Positions 11,601 through 21,002 of a stretch of DNA of 64,000 nt are shown piece after piece (position 1 is the stretch's first letter; each line of letters begins with the position of its first letter). Source of the stretch: Carpediemonas membranifera BICM (lineage: Eukaryota; Protista; Fornicata). The notes beneath the pieces are model-generated. The model was not told where the DNA came from. It worked only from the letters and a program-made list of their open reading frames with translations, and did no database searches. The stretch covers positions 404,834-468,833 of the forward strand of contig JAHDYR010000024.1 in the NCBI GenBank assembly GCA_019828565.1, written 5' to 3'. A program made the position numbers and the translations under genes.

Positions 11601-12625
11601 TGGCCATCCACGCCGCCGTTGACGACGCCCACCTGCCCTCCGACTTGGCCCTGCTGGTTGACACCCGCGCCTCCACCTCCGGCCTGCCATCCCCCGCTCA
11701 CCTACCCCGCCGCAAGCGTCTGCTTTCAGCGAGGGCGAGGCTGTCGATGCAGGAGACGACGAAGGCCTCGCCCCTTGGTGCCATTCCCGAGGCGATCCGC
11801 ACTATCCCGCACCACAAGGAAGTTCAGCTCTCCCCGAGAACAAGCCGGCCCGCCACCAGGGGTACGCCAGTCTCCCGCATCAGAGAGGAGAGCCGCACCG
11901 AAAGCCCCTTCTTCCGGAACACGCCCGAGCCCGGCACTCCTACACGGACCAACTCCCGCCCCGCCATCTTCCTGGACGACGCTCCCGCCAAGGAGGGTGT
12001 GGCGACCCCCAAGGGCGAGGAGACTGCCTTGTTCAAGCTACCGCCCCTATTCTATGAGGACGACCGAGACCTCGACCGGAAGCTCCGGCAGCAGGCCCTG
12101 CGCCGCTCTGGGGAGCTCTCCACCATCCTCGAGGACGCCAACGTGCCCCGGCCCAAGTCAGCCTCGCCCAGCCACGGCCCCAAGGCTCGTCTGCCCCGGG
12201 AACCGAGCCCGCCCCCGCTGACGGTCAACTCGACCATGCGTCGGACAGTGGCACGGGTCACCTCGCCCCCGCCGCCTCGCAACTACATGCCGGCCTACGA
12301 CATGGCGCCCGAGCTGGACGAGGAGCTCGGAATGGAGCTTATCCAGGGCACAATGGGTCTGCCCGCGTTCGTTGCCACACAGGACGCGGAAGTCTCCGAA
12401 GCTAGCACACCAGTGGTCCGCAAGGAGGCGTACAAACCCTTCGAGCCCCAGCAACCCCCTGAGAGGGTCAACCCCGTTGTGAAGTCGCCATGGGCGCTTT
12501 CCCCAGATGCTAGCAGCATTCCAACTGTCATGGACATCGGAGCGAGTGTAATCGGGTCGACGGACACGTTTGACGACGACGTACTTAGCCTGCGAGTGGG
12601 CAGCATTCAGTTCAGGGTTGACTGA
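5666..12625 (+). CDS. Giant protein (2319 aa): N-terminal TPRs, a central array of dozens of IQ calmodulin-binding motifs, low-complexity tails
   Basis: TPR-like helices at aa ~110-260, followed by repeated AAxxIQxxxRGxxxR motifs over ~1350 aa (ASPM-like IQ array). Confidence 0.9.
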   Translation: MEQCERDARHALERGKYMTFIDKLVTLFEMKKQKLGVEHPDTLQSVEYLVESANTAAMYYLNTAKPGGKGKPSTKINNAFTLLKIAEEHTKVEVTKGPDGRSTFQRRILLRMTTYLNLSHYFRARGKYNAAKDHAQQALRIEKKYKESSDPGAAHLSLAGIMSKLGNHDEALQHSRAAVRILLEVQQDLDSELTAGAVDEDDLAERRAHLGRSLTTAYHNLATAQLATKTGDAVDSHERALRAAEFYLGPEDRMTRRMRAALESSLAASVRHGENVVNTKLPPLGGGLAKDEPTFVLPPIDPGFVKTQRPLSANTAAMGLPAMKAANSKPTPEIADITDTAECRPRRTHKRRKTPAPKLKPSRLTSDVLAGELSQTSRVLQEAADLNTTRPADTLVVDDLRDVPELGPPDGPAAPMSALARSRRLSITEMTVTAKRPTKPARPMELSARMEELAQPRPVTAPFPPSTPLAVEASPARRKKMTLMSPVRISTPPLPKKMVPGALADSLERSAQARRGLTFESYPVKPTDTTRKSAIRLVLAARQALNEERAAVVIQAVVRGFLVRARVRREIAAMRFKMANNIQRVYRGYMCRRELVPMRRNAAVLTSGVRGMLQRKENERRLAGTVAIQRVFRGAKQRRRAAQEEYAAVKIQRAVRGMIQRHKLQREMGAAMILQTAWRGYKERVLAYQKLRKAVLAMQAYHRGQATRIELEAKNLAAAYLQAIMRGWVARQRYLKQRDAAILFQRIHRGRMLRRRHEFTLYAGQKVTEAIMANYYRAHYARQRQAALTLHRVARGFLDRCYVKRRVVASRVIQRSWRGFADRMELSGQHTAAAVVQATWRSYAARKLIREMHSAATLIQRQTRIALAQRRVARRNEAALTIQRVLRGHLDRNKVRTMRTAGALMSRVFRGGLSRGQVRRMRRVTTLLQAAHRANKSRAEHEEWRRRVVIAQAAARGFQARERAEKMRVSAATMQRFTRGILTQRRLAEQHLAAAKIQAAYHGSVYRQTLATQTDAATKIAAAHRAAQSRKALLAMQENALLIQSAVRGFLTKTELTAQHDAARTIQAAYRVHQTRVANAERRAAATKIEALYRSRRDQEQFKAQAATATKMQALVRGFLAQAMVRRMNSAATVIQKAYRRYAAQSSFLEQKEAARTLQRLYRRQKAEAVFAEKRNAALLLQRAIRGYQTTQESQRRTAAATVIQTAARARLARDRAHAVRAAGLVLTAAGRSFMERKRQAQIHGAAATIQAAWRAHSQRGEYLRLRESALVLHAAARTFLFKLELARESAAAAVIQTAFRAHACRKQAAAETAGVLRIQTLVRSQKDRLQYAKQQRAALTIQRAIRRYQTEQGVAAIEEAATVIQTAVRAWQARRQVASLRYVAAVITTAAHGHADRLYVDRRNKAATLIQSLWRGHHARVEFAEAKQAALTVHGAGRILQTRVALDKERKAATAIQALYRGYTVRKSIALQQTAALTLQKSYRRRLVMKQAIAMDDAAVLLQALFLKKIAQKDMAAMHGHILTIQRVFRGHMARQQLRRMGEAATTVQTAWRCYSARTKLATAKRAVLHMQAAQRAHGDRAEFQAKSHAASVIQAWARGTQTRRTLAAKHAAAMTVQVWYRNTVSRREAGSRDGAALVIQRSWRTHVEADRYRTLAKASVVLQANYRGHLARRRLAALRDIVQLVAVRHIEYRGRLAAAEQEAAATCIQRAYRAHTARVQYAKTVRAALLLKTYVRRWKHAKEFTAQREAATTIQRVYRAQQAGREQSMSLYTATLVQKWVRQCRAAALVTRRNKAATVIQSRWRRVLAQRAAQKRVESIVFLQAHWRGVLEFRRWVVAMEPTRAAQTVIRHCIHDAIYYRDDKNKPATEIQRIVRGFLARRRVQSIRKQRHEAEVRGIVGAMFTSCFTRAFVQCEPDAAAAIIHNGMVGMRDRRRVREMRRAIRRAEGEPIARQLVERMLNEVAYATYIEDDTCRMAIHAAVDDAHLPSDLALLVDTRASTSGLPSPAHLPRRKRLLSARARLSMQETTKASPLGAIPEAIRTIPHHKEVQLSPRTSRPATRGTPVSRIREESRTESPFFRNTPEPGTPTRTNSRPAIFLDDAPAKEGVATPKGEETALFKLPPLFYEDDRDLDRKLRQQALRRSGELSTILEDANVPRPKSASPSHGPKARLPREPSPPPLTVNSTMRRTVARVTSPPPPRNYMPAYDMAPELDEELGMELIQGTMGLPAFVATQDAEVSEASTPVVRKEAYKPFEPQQPPERVNPVVKSPWALSPDASSIPTVMDIGASVIGSTDTFDDDVLSLRVGSIQFRVD

Positions 12626-12693
12626 GGCTATGTAGCCATAAATTCTTACGATTCATGTTTATTGGAGAGAGATGCTGTATTTATCTATTCGAT

Positions 12694-15600
12694 TTACCTA
12701 AGTCGACCCTGTACGACGTTAATACCAACGTTAACAACCCCCAGTATCTTCTCCAAGTAAATGACGACATGCTCATGCATAGCAGCCTGTAGCTGGTTGC
12801 CGTCCGGATCGAGGCCCAGTTTGCCCAGTACCCAACCCGTTGAGGGCGTCAGGTCGCCGAGCACCTCGAGCTGAGGTGACAGCACGAAGCGCTTGTTATC
12901 ATATTCCCGTTCCATACGAGCCACAGCAACAGGCTCGTCCCGCCTGAACTGCGCCTTGAGATCGCTGCCGAGCAACGTGATGATACGACGCAAGAGTGTG
13001 TATGAACCACCGTTGAGCGTCACAAAGATGGGCTGAGGGAAGTGGGAGAGGAAGTAGACGCCCAGCTCCCTGGCGCCGAGCTCTCTCTGGGTGATAAATG
13101 ATGCAGAGGGACGGGTCTGCTCTGCGTCAGACGCGACTCTGAATATCAGGATCGAGTGCGACTTGCTGGCCCGCCCCTTGGCCTGGCTGACGGTCACGTG
13201 CTCGAGGAAAGATCGGGCGGTCGTCATCTGCAACTGCGTGTTAACCGAGGCCGTCGGTGCGGTACGGACAACCTGTGAGAACGACAGCTCGAGCTGCTCA
13301 GAGGCTAGGCGGATGGAAGTGGGGTTGGCTCTGGAGTTCTCAAAGAGGCCGAGACTCAGGATGCCGACGCTCAGCGTCATGCGGCCCTCGCACATGGGCG
13401 GTTGCTTCACGCGCGTCTTCATGCGCCGGTGGCGTGGCTTCTTGGCCCGATCAGACTTGCCTGCCGCGATCTTCTGGCGAATGGTGCGACTCAGCGAGCT
13501 GACAGCGCCAGCAATGGCCGATGCCGAGACGGTGGTCGCCTCGGCGTTGGCCCTGCCAATCTGGATGTCTGACCTGAAAGCAGTGGTTCCGTCGTTGGGG
13601 ATCGTGACAAGTGTGAAAGAGAGGTCGCAGACGTCCGCAGACTGCAGCTCCCCGCCGTCGACAGCGAGCCTGTTCACCAGAAGTCTGAAGCCCAACTGTC
13701 TGAAGTCTCGGATGGTCATGCCGTGGGCGGAGAGGCCTGGGAACTCCGGAGTGCCGGCAATAGTGACAATCGTGGGGGAAGACGACATTCCGGTGAACTC
13801 AGTGGCGAGCGACGCCTCACGGACGTCTGAGTCGAGCACCAGGGGTCTACCGCGGACGTTGGGCGAGGACACGCGGATGATGGCGCCGTCGGCGGCGATC
13901 TTCGTGTGCCCGAACCCGTCGATGAGGTTGACGCGTAGCTCGGCCTTGTGGACGTTGGCCAAGAGACAGAAGACGGCGCTGGACCCGCCTTGGCCCTCCT
14001 CGGCAGTGGCGCTGTGGGTCGACGTGCCAGTGCCAGTGGCGGAGGCCGACTCATCTGCGAACGACCTCATTGCCGACAGCTGAGCCGTCCAGGTGCGGTA
14101 GAGGTTGAACACCTCGTCGAGCATGGCGACGTTGAGAACAGAGTCGAGCCGCTCAAGGTCGAACGAGACGCTGACGAAAGGAGGGACGCCGGTGGGCATG
14201 GATGCGGCGAGGGACAGGGTGAGGCCGATGAGGTCGAGAGAGAGCGGCTTGTCGAACACAGTGCGGACAGCGACCTCGCCCGCCCTGGCCACACGAGAGA
14301 ATAGGTGGGGCAGCATCAATGCGACAGACACCAGCCTGACGCCGTTCGGGAAGGACTGTGTCGCCGAGGCCTGGAGGGGCAGGCGGGTGCCGAGCTGCAG
14401 GTTGACCGTCGAATACTCTCCCGATACGAGGGTGACCGACTGCGGCTGGATGGTCAGCACTGCTGTCACCCGCTTGTTGGCGATAGACGAGCTGGCGTCG
14501 TCGGCGGCGTGGGTAGCCGCCTCGAGACGGGCGACCTTCTTCCCCTTGGCGGCCTGGGCGAGGGCTGCGAGCTCAGCACGGACCTGTGCGAGGAATATGA
14601 AGAGGGATGACGGCACATCGTTGTGGGTTGTGGCGACGTCGCACAGAACAAACACCTCGCCAGGGGAGAAAAGCGTGGCCGCCTCGGACACGTAACGGCC
14701 GTCGACTGAGACGTCTGGGGCCATTAGGGTGAACAGGGGCCCGGCAGTGTCAGAGTGCACCGCGGTAAACTCGAAGCCCGCGATCATGCAGGTCAGCTCG
14801 GCCTGGAGGCCCCGGGGTGACGTCGGTGAGTCGACGCTGGACACTGAGCCGCCAGAAGGAGCGCGAGCTGACCGTTCGATGCCGACCCAGGCCTGTACTG
14901 CACGGAGTCCGGCCCCAACAGCTGCGGCGCTGAAGATGCAGCGGGGCCGCTCGGGGACGGCGAAGGTCACTGCTACGGCAACACTCTCAGCTGTGAGTGA
15001 GGCGCCGACCTCGACTGCAACCACTGGCGCCGTCATCGAGGCCACTGGATCCGGGGCGTTGGTCTTGACGAGGGCCAGCTCTACATCACGCAGGGAGACG
15101 CGGTGGGCGGTGACGAGGCCGTTAGCCCCGCCCAGAGTGCCGCTGATGCCGCAGCCCGGGATGGTAAGCACAGCGTCGTCCCCAGCCCCCGAGAGGATGC
15201 GGGCGGCGACGGAGTTGACCTCTAGGGCCCATGAAGCGGTCGATCGGCGGGCCCGTCTCAGCGTCTTGTTGATCTGCCGCGGCCTCACAGCCTTGGTGCC
15301 CTCTATCGCCTCTAGGACTGCGGGTAGGGCGCTGTCGACGAGACGCAGGACCACCGGGTGGACTACCACGGCGGTCTCAGCAACAACGGCGTCGGCGTGG
15401 ATGCCGGCTACTGAGGCCATGACTGAGCCCGTCGCGGAGGTGTGCAGCCAGGCGGACACGGATGTCAGGGCGACCTCCTCGCCGCACTCGACTGTGAACC
15501 CGGACTGGTCCGCCAGCATGGTAGGCACAGGGTCTACGAGACGGGGGACGGGGCCAATGTGGTTGTGGAGAGCCAGGGCGATGCTGGGGAGCTCGAACGC

Positions 15601-18600
15601 CGCCCGTTTATCCCTGGGGTCGACTACGGCCCGGGCATCACCGACAGCGACGGTAGCAATCGCCCCGGGGAGGGCGAGGGTCAGCGTACATCCCCGTGTC
15701 ACCGCTGACAGGGCCATAGGGAGGTTCATGGTCCTGCTGGGGCGTCTGGTCTTGCGGCGTCGGGGCACATGGTCGGTTTCAATCCTTGGCAGTGACCGGG
15801 AAAGCACGAGCAGTTCCGAGAGCACAGCAACGGGCAGGCTGAGCTGGATGTGGTCTGCCTCGACTGCCAGGGCGGGGACACCGCTGGCCTCCAGTAGTCC
15901 GACAACCCTCAGCCCTGGTAAAGGGAGGTAGACCTTGCCAGTCGGGGTGACGCCCGAGAGCTCGAGGCCCCGGACGGTGGTGACAACGCGGACAGCCTTG
16001 CTGGCAGAGACGGCCGCGGAGATGCCGGGGACGACCACGGCGAGGGAGACCGGGCCGCGGGTGTGGTTGACTGCCACCCGGGCGATGTCAGCGGTGAGGG
16101 TGGCGGGCACGCGGCTGAATATGGCCGGCACGGCGATGGTCTTGGAGGTCGTCAGGGTGGCTGGGACAGCGACGGCCTTCTTGGCACCGGGCAGACAGAG
16201 CACCTCGGGCAGGTCGACGTCGACACCGGCCACGGTCACGCCGCACGTGGCCAGCAGGGAGGGGTGTCTAGTCACTGCGACGAACAGGGCGGGGCGGGTG
16301 ACACTGAGGTCCGCCAGACCCTTCATGGCGGCGGACATGGTACCGGCCGTGACGACGACAGACACGGCCTCCATGCCCGCCTGCACGGAGACGTCGAACG
16401 GGGCAGCCTCTGCGGTCACCCTGCTCGCCGTGGCGACTTCGACCCGCCCTATCTGGCCGGTCAGGCACAGTTCCCGGCCGACGCCGTCTGTCGTGGGCTT
16501 GGGGGTCTTGGCCGTCAGCGGACTGAGCATGACCGCGCTGGGCCGCTGGACGAGGCCGAGCTCGTCGTATAGGTCGGCCTTGGTGGGGGTGCTGCACTTG
16601 CGGAGCTGCGTGGCGAACTGGGGCGCGGTGCTGATGTCGCTGTCGATAACTGCACTGTCAAGACGGACGTCCGCGTTGATGAGCTCTCTACCTCTCGCCG
16701 CTACGGCCAGCGGCCCCATCCTGCAGCCCACGACGCCGTTTTCGTCGGCATACCGTGCGCTGATCGACCCGACATGCGCGGATACGTCCAGGAAGGCAGG
16801 ATCTGACACAGCACCGCCATCTCTGGAGAGACTGACAGCGAGAGCGACGTACTTGGCGAGAGCCACGGCGTTGGCAGCGGCCGCAGTGGCGCTGATATCT
16901 ACTGTCCTCACGTTGACCGCGGCAGCGATGCGGTCTGCCTTCTGCAGCGTCAGAGTGGGGTGGGCTATCACCAGTCTGTGTGTCTCGACCGCGGACGTCG
17001 GCTCGGCCTGGTGCCCCGTGAGGACCAGGGCTGGCACAGTCGCCTTGAGTGTGAGCTCCCGCCCCTGCATGAGGATCAAGTCAGATGTGGGGGCGGTGAG
17101 GCTCTCGCCAATGGACGGGCCGTCGTCCAGCCGCATGTCCACCCTCACCGCGATGGGGGCCGAGACGTGTACGATTCGGACCGACGGATCCTCGTCATCC
17201 TCGTCATCGTCGGGCAGCTCCCCCGGGCCCCTCGGGAGTCGGCCCGCAAGGTCGATGGCGATGGCAATGGCAGGCGGGGTGGCGCTGACGCTGCACACCT
17301 CGAGCTCCACGGCCACCCTGGTCCTCTTGGGGCCTGGGGGCGGGCACTCCACAGTGTCGGGGGGCGCCTCATCGGGGCAGGCGGTTGGGTCGATCTGCGG
17401 AATCCGCTGCAGCATCGGCACCGTCTTCGCAGTGTTGGGCGGGGAAGGTACCTCGTTCACCACAGGCGGTGGGGGGAGTACGAAGGTGACTGCGGCAGTC
17501 CGATTGAACCCGCGGTTCCGGTTATGTAGCCGCAGTTTAGCCCGGGGCAGCCCGTCGGGCCGGTACAGACAAGGCGGGCAGGGTGTGTCCACGTCAGAGC
17601 AGGCGGACATGAAGCTCTCCGTGTCGTCGTCGTCGGCGTCAAGTGGGACAAGTCGGGACCATATCTGGTCATGGAAGGCGAGGAACGCTTGCTGGGCCTT
17701 CATGGCTGACGAGTGGCCGGGCAGCAGTGTCTCTAGGTGCACTGTGCCGCCGAGCTCCATGTCTGCGACTGTGACGAAGTCGTCACCAGACCGGGGCGAT
17801 AGGATGGTCAGCCGGGCATCGGGGACGGCCGCTCGGACTGTCTTGGAGGCGTCCTTGCTCATGACTGCGGTGATGTCGACAGCTGCACCGCCGCCGATGT
17901 CTGCGTTGACAAGATACGCTACAGCCTGGTGCTGCTCGACGATGAGGGCGACGCTGGTCCGACCAACGGTGACGCTGCCGTCCATGGGCCTCAGTCTCTT
18001 CCTTTTGGGTTCGATGCTGATGCTGGGGCGACCTAGCTGTGCGAACGACATCTCTGGCGAGTTGACGATGACGGTGTCGTCCGAGTTAACACTGGCACTG
18101 CTGTTCCTACGCACCATACGCTCCCGGGAGAATGACTCGACGAAGTCTGACGCCGCCGTGGACATTAGAATAGCGTCGTCCAGGGCGACATGGCCCGTGA
18201 TGTTACCCACGTCCGCAGCGTACCGGCTGTAGTACTCTGTTCGCTGGTTCGGTCGTCTGGAGTCGTCAGCCTCGACCTGTGCGGGCAGACACACCGCCCT
18301 GCCCGGACTCCCGAGCGATGTAAACTGGAAGGCCAGGGCGGACACCGTGAGATGGGTTAGACTCGTGTGGGCGGGGGTAATCACCAACGGCGACGTGTCG
18401 ACTGCTACATCCAGACTGTTGTAGCTACGATCGATGCTGGCGACAATGTCTGGAGTCGTTAGCGTGAGGCACGGCGCGTCATGCAGCAGCAGTGTCACTG
18501 ATGGTGAGTCGGCCACCACAGAGAATAGCAGCCGGCCCTTGTTCATAAGCGGACTATCATCACCCCGCATGTCCCTCGCCGCAAGGTCCCTGGCGAGTCT

Positions 18601-20862
18601 GGTCGCCCTCAGCTCGGGCCAGCGGTTGTTGTCGCCGTTGGTCTCGAAGTACTCCTCAGAACAAGGGAGACTGGTGCGGAGCCAGGCGTTCTGGATGCAG
18701 TTGAGCACCGATCTTATCGTGTCACCGGCTAGCAGCACAGCCAGTCTGTCGAGCTTGAGGTCCACCGCGAGCATGTTGACGTTGTCCGGCCTGACAGCAA
18801 CATGGCCTCTCCTGCTGATGCTGAGGCTCATCGACCCGCACTCGCAGACGGGGGTCACCGCGCCACTGGGCTTGTGCACGCGCATGCACAGCCCGTCAGA
18901 CGCCGCGGTGAGGATGAACGCCGACGTGGCCGGTAGGAACTTCCTCTTGTCCGACGACACCCGCACCGTAGTGTGTGGTGCTATCAGTGAGGTCATGGCA
19001 GTAGCAGTGGGGTGCCCGACGTCCCTGGGGTCCAGCACGTTGCTTGGTTCAGAGGGGAACATGATATCGGTGTCGTACAAGTTGTACACTTGCACCACCT
19101 GTCTCGGCCGGAACTGGCGCAGTGCAGTGTCGGGGGCGGCGCTCTTAGCTGCGCCCAAGTCCGACCAGTCCTTCGACAGCGCCCGGATCTCGTCGATAAA
19201 CTGTCGAAGATAGACCAGCTTGCCCCCGTGGATGTCCGTAGTCACAGTCATCTCAGTCGGCTCATAAACACGCCGGGCATGGCGCTGGACGACCTCTATC
19301 ACCGCCCCCTCCGCCCTTATCGTGGCGTTGGGGATATCCGCGGTTCCAGCCCGGACTCCGGGGAGAGTCGCGCTGAACGCCGTCTGCCACTCGTCCGTCA
19401 CACCGATCGTCTCGAATGAGCCTGACAGCACGGCGTCGACGGCGGTGAGGACCATACGCTGTGTGCTGACCGGTTGGGCCGTGTTGTTGTAGAACACAGA
19501 GGGGTCCACGTCGACAATGCCCCTGCATGGCACGACCAGCCGAGATTCAGAGGCCAGCGTCACGTGTAGGTCCAGACCGAGGTGCCGTCTGGCTCTTAGC
19601 CCCTTTCCCAGGTCAGCGATGGTCAGGCGGGGCAGGTAATCGTGGGGGAAGAAGAACGCCATGTGCTGCCGCCTCTGCCGGTCTGCCCATGGGCCAAACG
19701 TCGCCACTAGGGACGATGCTGTGAGTGCTGCCCTGTTGGTCGGCCGGGCCCTGTCCTCGCGGGTGTCTGGGAGCGCCGGGTCGTGGATCCCGAGGAGGTC
19801 GACGGTGTAGACCGCGCTGAGGTTGTCCATCGTCACCAGGCCCTCCATGGCCCACTCCAGCACGCCATGCCGGGACCACTGTCTGTCGCTGGTCTCCTCC
19901 TCGACCACGGCTCCGGTACCGGGGCCAGTCTTACGGCCCAGGAGCGACCGCACTGGCCTTATTCGGAATATCCAGTGTCTTGGCCGTCTCTGGGCGATCT
20001 TAGCCACGCCCTGCTGCGACAGGACCGGTACTGGGGCCGACGTGTCCTCAGGCTCAATGATCCCGGCCATGTGCTTGAAAAAATTCCTGAACGACTCTTG
20101 GGCCGAGTCGAACACCTCCTGCCGGACTGGAGCCTCGTTGGTGGTGGCGACCTCCGTGTTTCTGAACAGTTTCAGCTCTGGTTCCTGCACGGTGAGGTGG
20201 GTCACGGACAGGGCCAGATCGCAGGGGTGGGTGGGGGGTGCCAGGGCGTGGCGCAAGATCCAGTCGGGCGACCAGAGTCGAACGTACGTCTCCAGCTCTG
20301 GGTTACCAACAGTGAGAGTGCCCTTCTTGATCTCGACGTGGCACACGGGAAGGATGCGGAGGAAGAGAGGCAAGTCGGAGCGGGGCTTTGGTTGGGGCCG
20401 GATATCTGTGCCCATCGTCATGGAGAAGCCGCTGAGAGCCTCGTCGATTACCCGCTCGAGCAGGTCGTACTTGCCAGTGGCGTTGTAAATGTAGCCCTCC
20501 ACCCCGGACAGGTGCGCCTCCACGCGGGGTTTTCGAACCTGTACGTTCTGTCGCACGTCATCAGGTGTGAGCTCGCTTGAGCTCTGGGCCCACCAGCGGT
20601 AGTGGAGCCGCGCTGAGACGACGTGCACGGAGAAGTCCCTCGTGACCAGCTTGAGGTCCTGGACGTGAATTGAGCCGCGGAGTAGGGAGAAACGCAGTCT
20701 TTTGAAAGTAATGAGCATCTTGAAGCGGCGGAAGAGGAACCAGTTGACGATCTTGAGTAGGATGAAGAGCGACAGCGCGGGGATGAGGAATAGAATAGCG
20801 AGAAGGCCCACCACCGCAGCTGCCGATGAAATATAGAACAGAGGGATGCTGAAGATTGCCAT
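12694..20862 (-). CDS. Bridge-like lipid transfer protein BLTP1/KIAA1109/Csf1 family
   Basis: N-terminal TM helix, then FSLLRGSI...YRWW...LSGVEGYIYN. C-terminal [13 protein letters not shown]...WVLGKLG resembles FSA_C. 2722 aa, beta-rich. Confidence 0.85.
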   Translation of the reverse strand: MAIFSIPLFYISSAAAVVGLLAILFLIPALSLFILLKIVNWFLFRRFKMLITFKRLRFSLLRGSIHVQDLKLVTRDFSVHVVSARLHYRWWAQSSSELTPDDVRQNVQVRKPRVEAHLSGVEGYIYNATGKYDLLERVIDEALSGFSMTMGTDIRPQPKPRSDLPLFLRILPVCHVEIKKGTLTVGNPELETYVRLWSPDWILRHALAPPTHPCDLALSVTHLTVQEPELKLFRNTEVATTNEAPVRQEVFDSAQESFRNFFKHMAGIIEPEDTSAPVPVLSQQGVAKIAQRRPRHWIFRIRPVRSLLGRKTGPGTGAVVEEETSDRQWSRHGVLEWAMEGLVTMDNLSAVYTVDLLGIHDPALPDTREDRARPTNRAALTASSLVATFGPWADRQRRQHMAFFFPHDYLPRLTIADLGKGLRARRHLGLDLHVTLASESRLVVPCRGIVDVDPSVFYNNTAQPVSTQRMVLTAVDAVLSGSFETIGVTDEWQTAFSATLPGVRAGTADIPNATIRAEGAVIEVVQRHARRVYEPTEMTVTTDIHGGKLVYLRQFIDEIRALSKDWSDLGAAKSAAPDTALRQFRPRQVVQVYNLYDTDIMFPSEPSNVLDPRDVGHPTATAMTSLIAPHTTVRVSSDKRKFLPATSAFILTAASDGLCMRVHKPSGAVTPVCECGSMSLSISRRGHVAVRPDNVNMLAVDLKLDRLAVLLAGDTIRSVLNCIQNAWLRTSLPCSEEYFETNGDNNRWPELRATRLARDLAARDMRGDDSPLMNKGRLLFSVVADSPSVTLLLHDAPCLTLTTPDIVASIDRSYNSLDVAVDTSPLVITPAHTSLTHLTVSALAFQFTSLGSPGRAVCLPAQVEADDSRRPNQRTEYYSRYAADVGNITGHVALDDAILMSTAASDFVESFSRERMVRRNSSASVNSDDTVIVNSPEMSFAQLGRPSISIEPKRKRLRPMDGSVTVGRTSVALIVEQHQAVAYLVNADIGGGAAVDITAVMSKDASKTVRAAVPDARLTILSPRSGDDFVTVADMELGGTVHLETLLPGHSSAMKAQQAFLAFHDQIWSRLVPLDADDDDTESFMSACSDVDTPCPPCLYRPDGLPRAKLRLHNRNRGFNRTAAVTFVLPPPPVVNEVPSPPNTAKTVPMLQRIPQIDPTACPDEAPPDTVECPPPGPKRTRVAVELEVCSVSATPPAIAIAIDLAGRLPRGPGELPDDDEDDEDPSVRIVHVSAPIAVRVDMRLDDGPSIGESLTAPTSDLILMQGRELTLKATVPALVLTGHQAEPTSAVETHRLVIAHPTLTLQKADRIAAAVNVRTVDISATAAAANAVALAKYVALAVSLSRDGGAVSDPAFLDVSAHVGSISARYADENGVVGCRMGPLAVAARGRELINADVRLDSAVIDSDISTAPQFATQLRKCSTPTKADLYDELGLVQRPSAVMLSPLTAKTPKPTTDGVGRELCLTGQIGRVEVATASRVTAEAAPFDVSVQAGMEAVSVVVTAGTMSAAMKGLADLSVTRPALFVAVTRHPSLLATCGVTVAGVDVDLPEVLCLPGAKKAVAVPATLTTSKTIAVPAIFSRVPATLTADIARVAVNHTRGPVSLAVVVPGISAAVSASKAVRVVTTVRGLELSGVTPTGKVYLPLPGLRVVGLLEASGVPALAVEADHIQLSLPVAVLSELLVLSRSLPRIETDHVPRRRKTRRPSRTMNLPMALSAVTRGCTLTLALPGAIATVAVGDARAVVDPRDKRAAFELPSIALALHNHIGPVPRLVDPVPTMLADQSGFTVECGEEVALTSVSAWLHTSATGSVMASVAGIHADAVVAETAVVVHPVVLRLVDSALPAVLEAIEGTKAVRPRQINKTLRRARRSTASWALEVNSVAARILSGAGDDAVLTIPGCGISGTLGGANGLVTAHRVSLRDVELALVKTNAPDPVASMTAPVVAVEVGASLTAESVAVAVTFAVPERPRCIFSAAAVGAGLRAVQAWVGIERSARAPSGGSVSSVDSPTSPRGLQAELTCMIAGFEFTAVHSDTAGPLFTLMAPDVSVDGRYVSEAATLFSPGEVFVLCDVATTHNDVPSSLFIFLAQVRAELAALAQAAKGKKVARLEAATHAADDASSSIANKRVTAVLTIQPQSVTLVSGEYSTVNLQLGTRLPLQASATQSFPNGVRLVSVALMLPHLFSRVARAGEVAVRTVFDKPLSLDLIGLTLSLAASMPTGVPPFVSVSFDLERLDSVLNVAMLDEVFNLYRTWTAQLSAMRSFADESASATGTGTSTHSATAEEGQGGSSAVFCLLANVHKAELRVNLIDGFGHTKIAADGAIIRVSSPNVRGRPLVLDSDVREASLATEFTGMSSSPTIVTIAGTPEFPGLSAHGMTIRDFRQLGFRLLVNRLAVDGGELQSADVCDLSFTLVTIPNDGTTAFRSDIQIGRANAEATTVSASAIAGAVSSLSRTIRQKIAAGKSDRAKKPRHRRMKTRVKQPPMCEGRMTLSVGILSLGLFENSRANPTSIRLASEQLELSFSQVVRTAPTASVNTQLQMTTARSFLEHVTVSQAKGRASKSHSILIFRVASDAEQTRPSASFITQRELGARELGVYFLSHFPQPIFVTLNGGSYTLLRRIITLLGSDLKAQFRRDEPVAVARMEREYDNKRFVLSPQLEVLGDLTPSTGWVLGKLGLDPDGNQLQAAMHEHVVIYLEKILGVVNVGINVVQGRLR

Positions 20863-21002
20863 TGGTGATTTCTGTGCGCTGTCTCAGCCCCTCGCCGTGA
20901 ATATGGTGCAGGGTAAGGCAAGGGGCCGACATTGCGACTGGGCGAGGCAGATGGCTGGACGGCATGGGAGAAGGGTCGTGCGGCTCTCGGTCAGGGGTGA
21001 AA

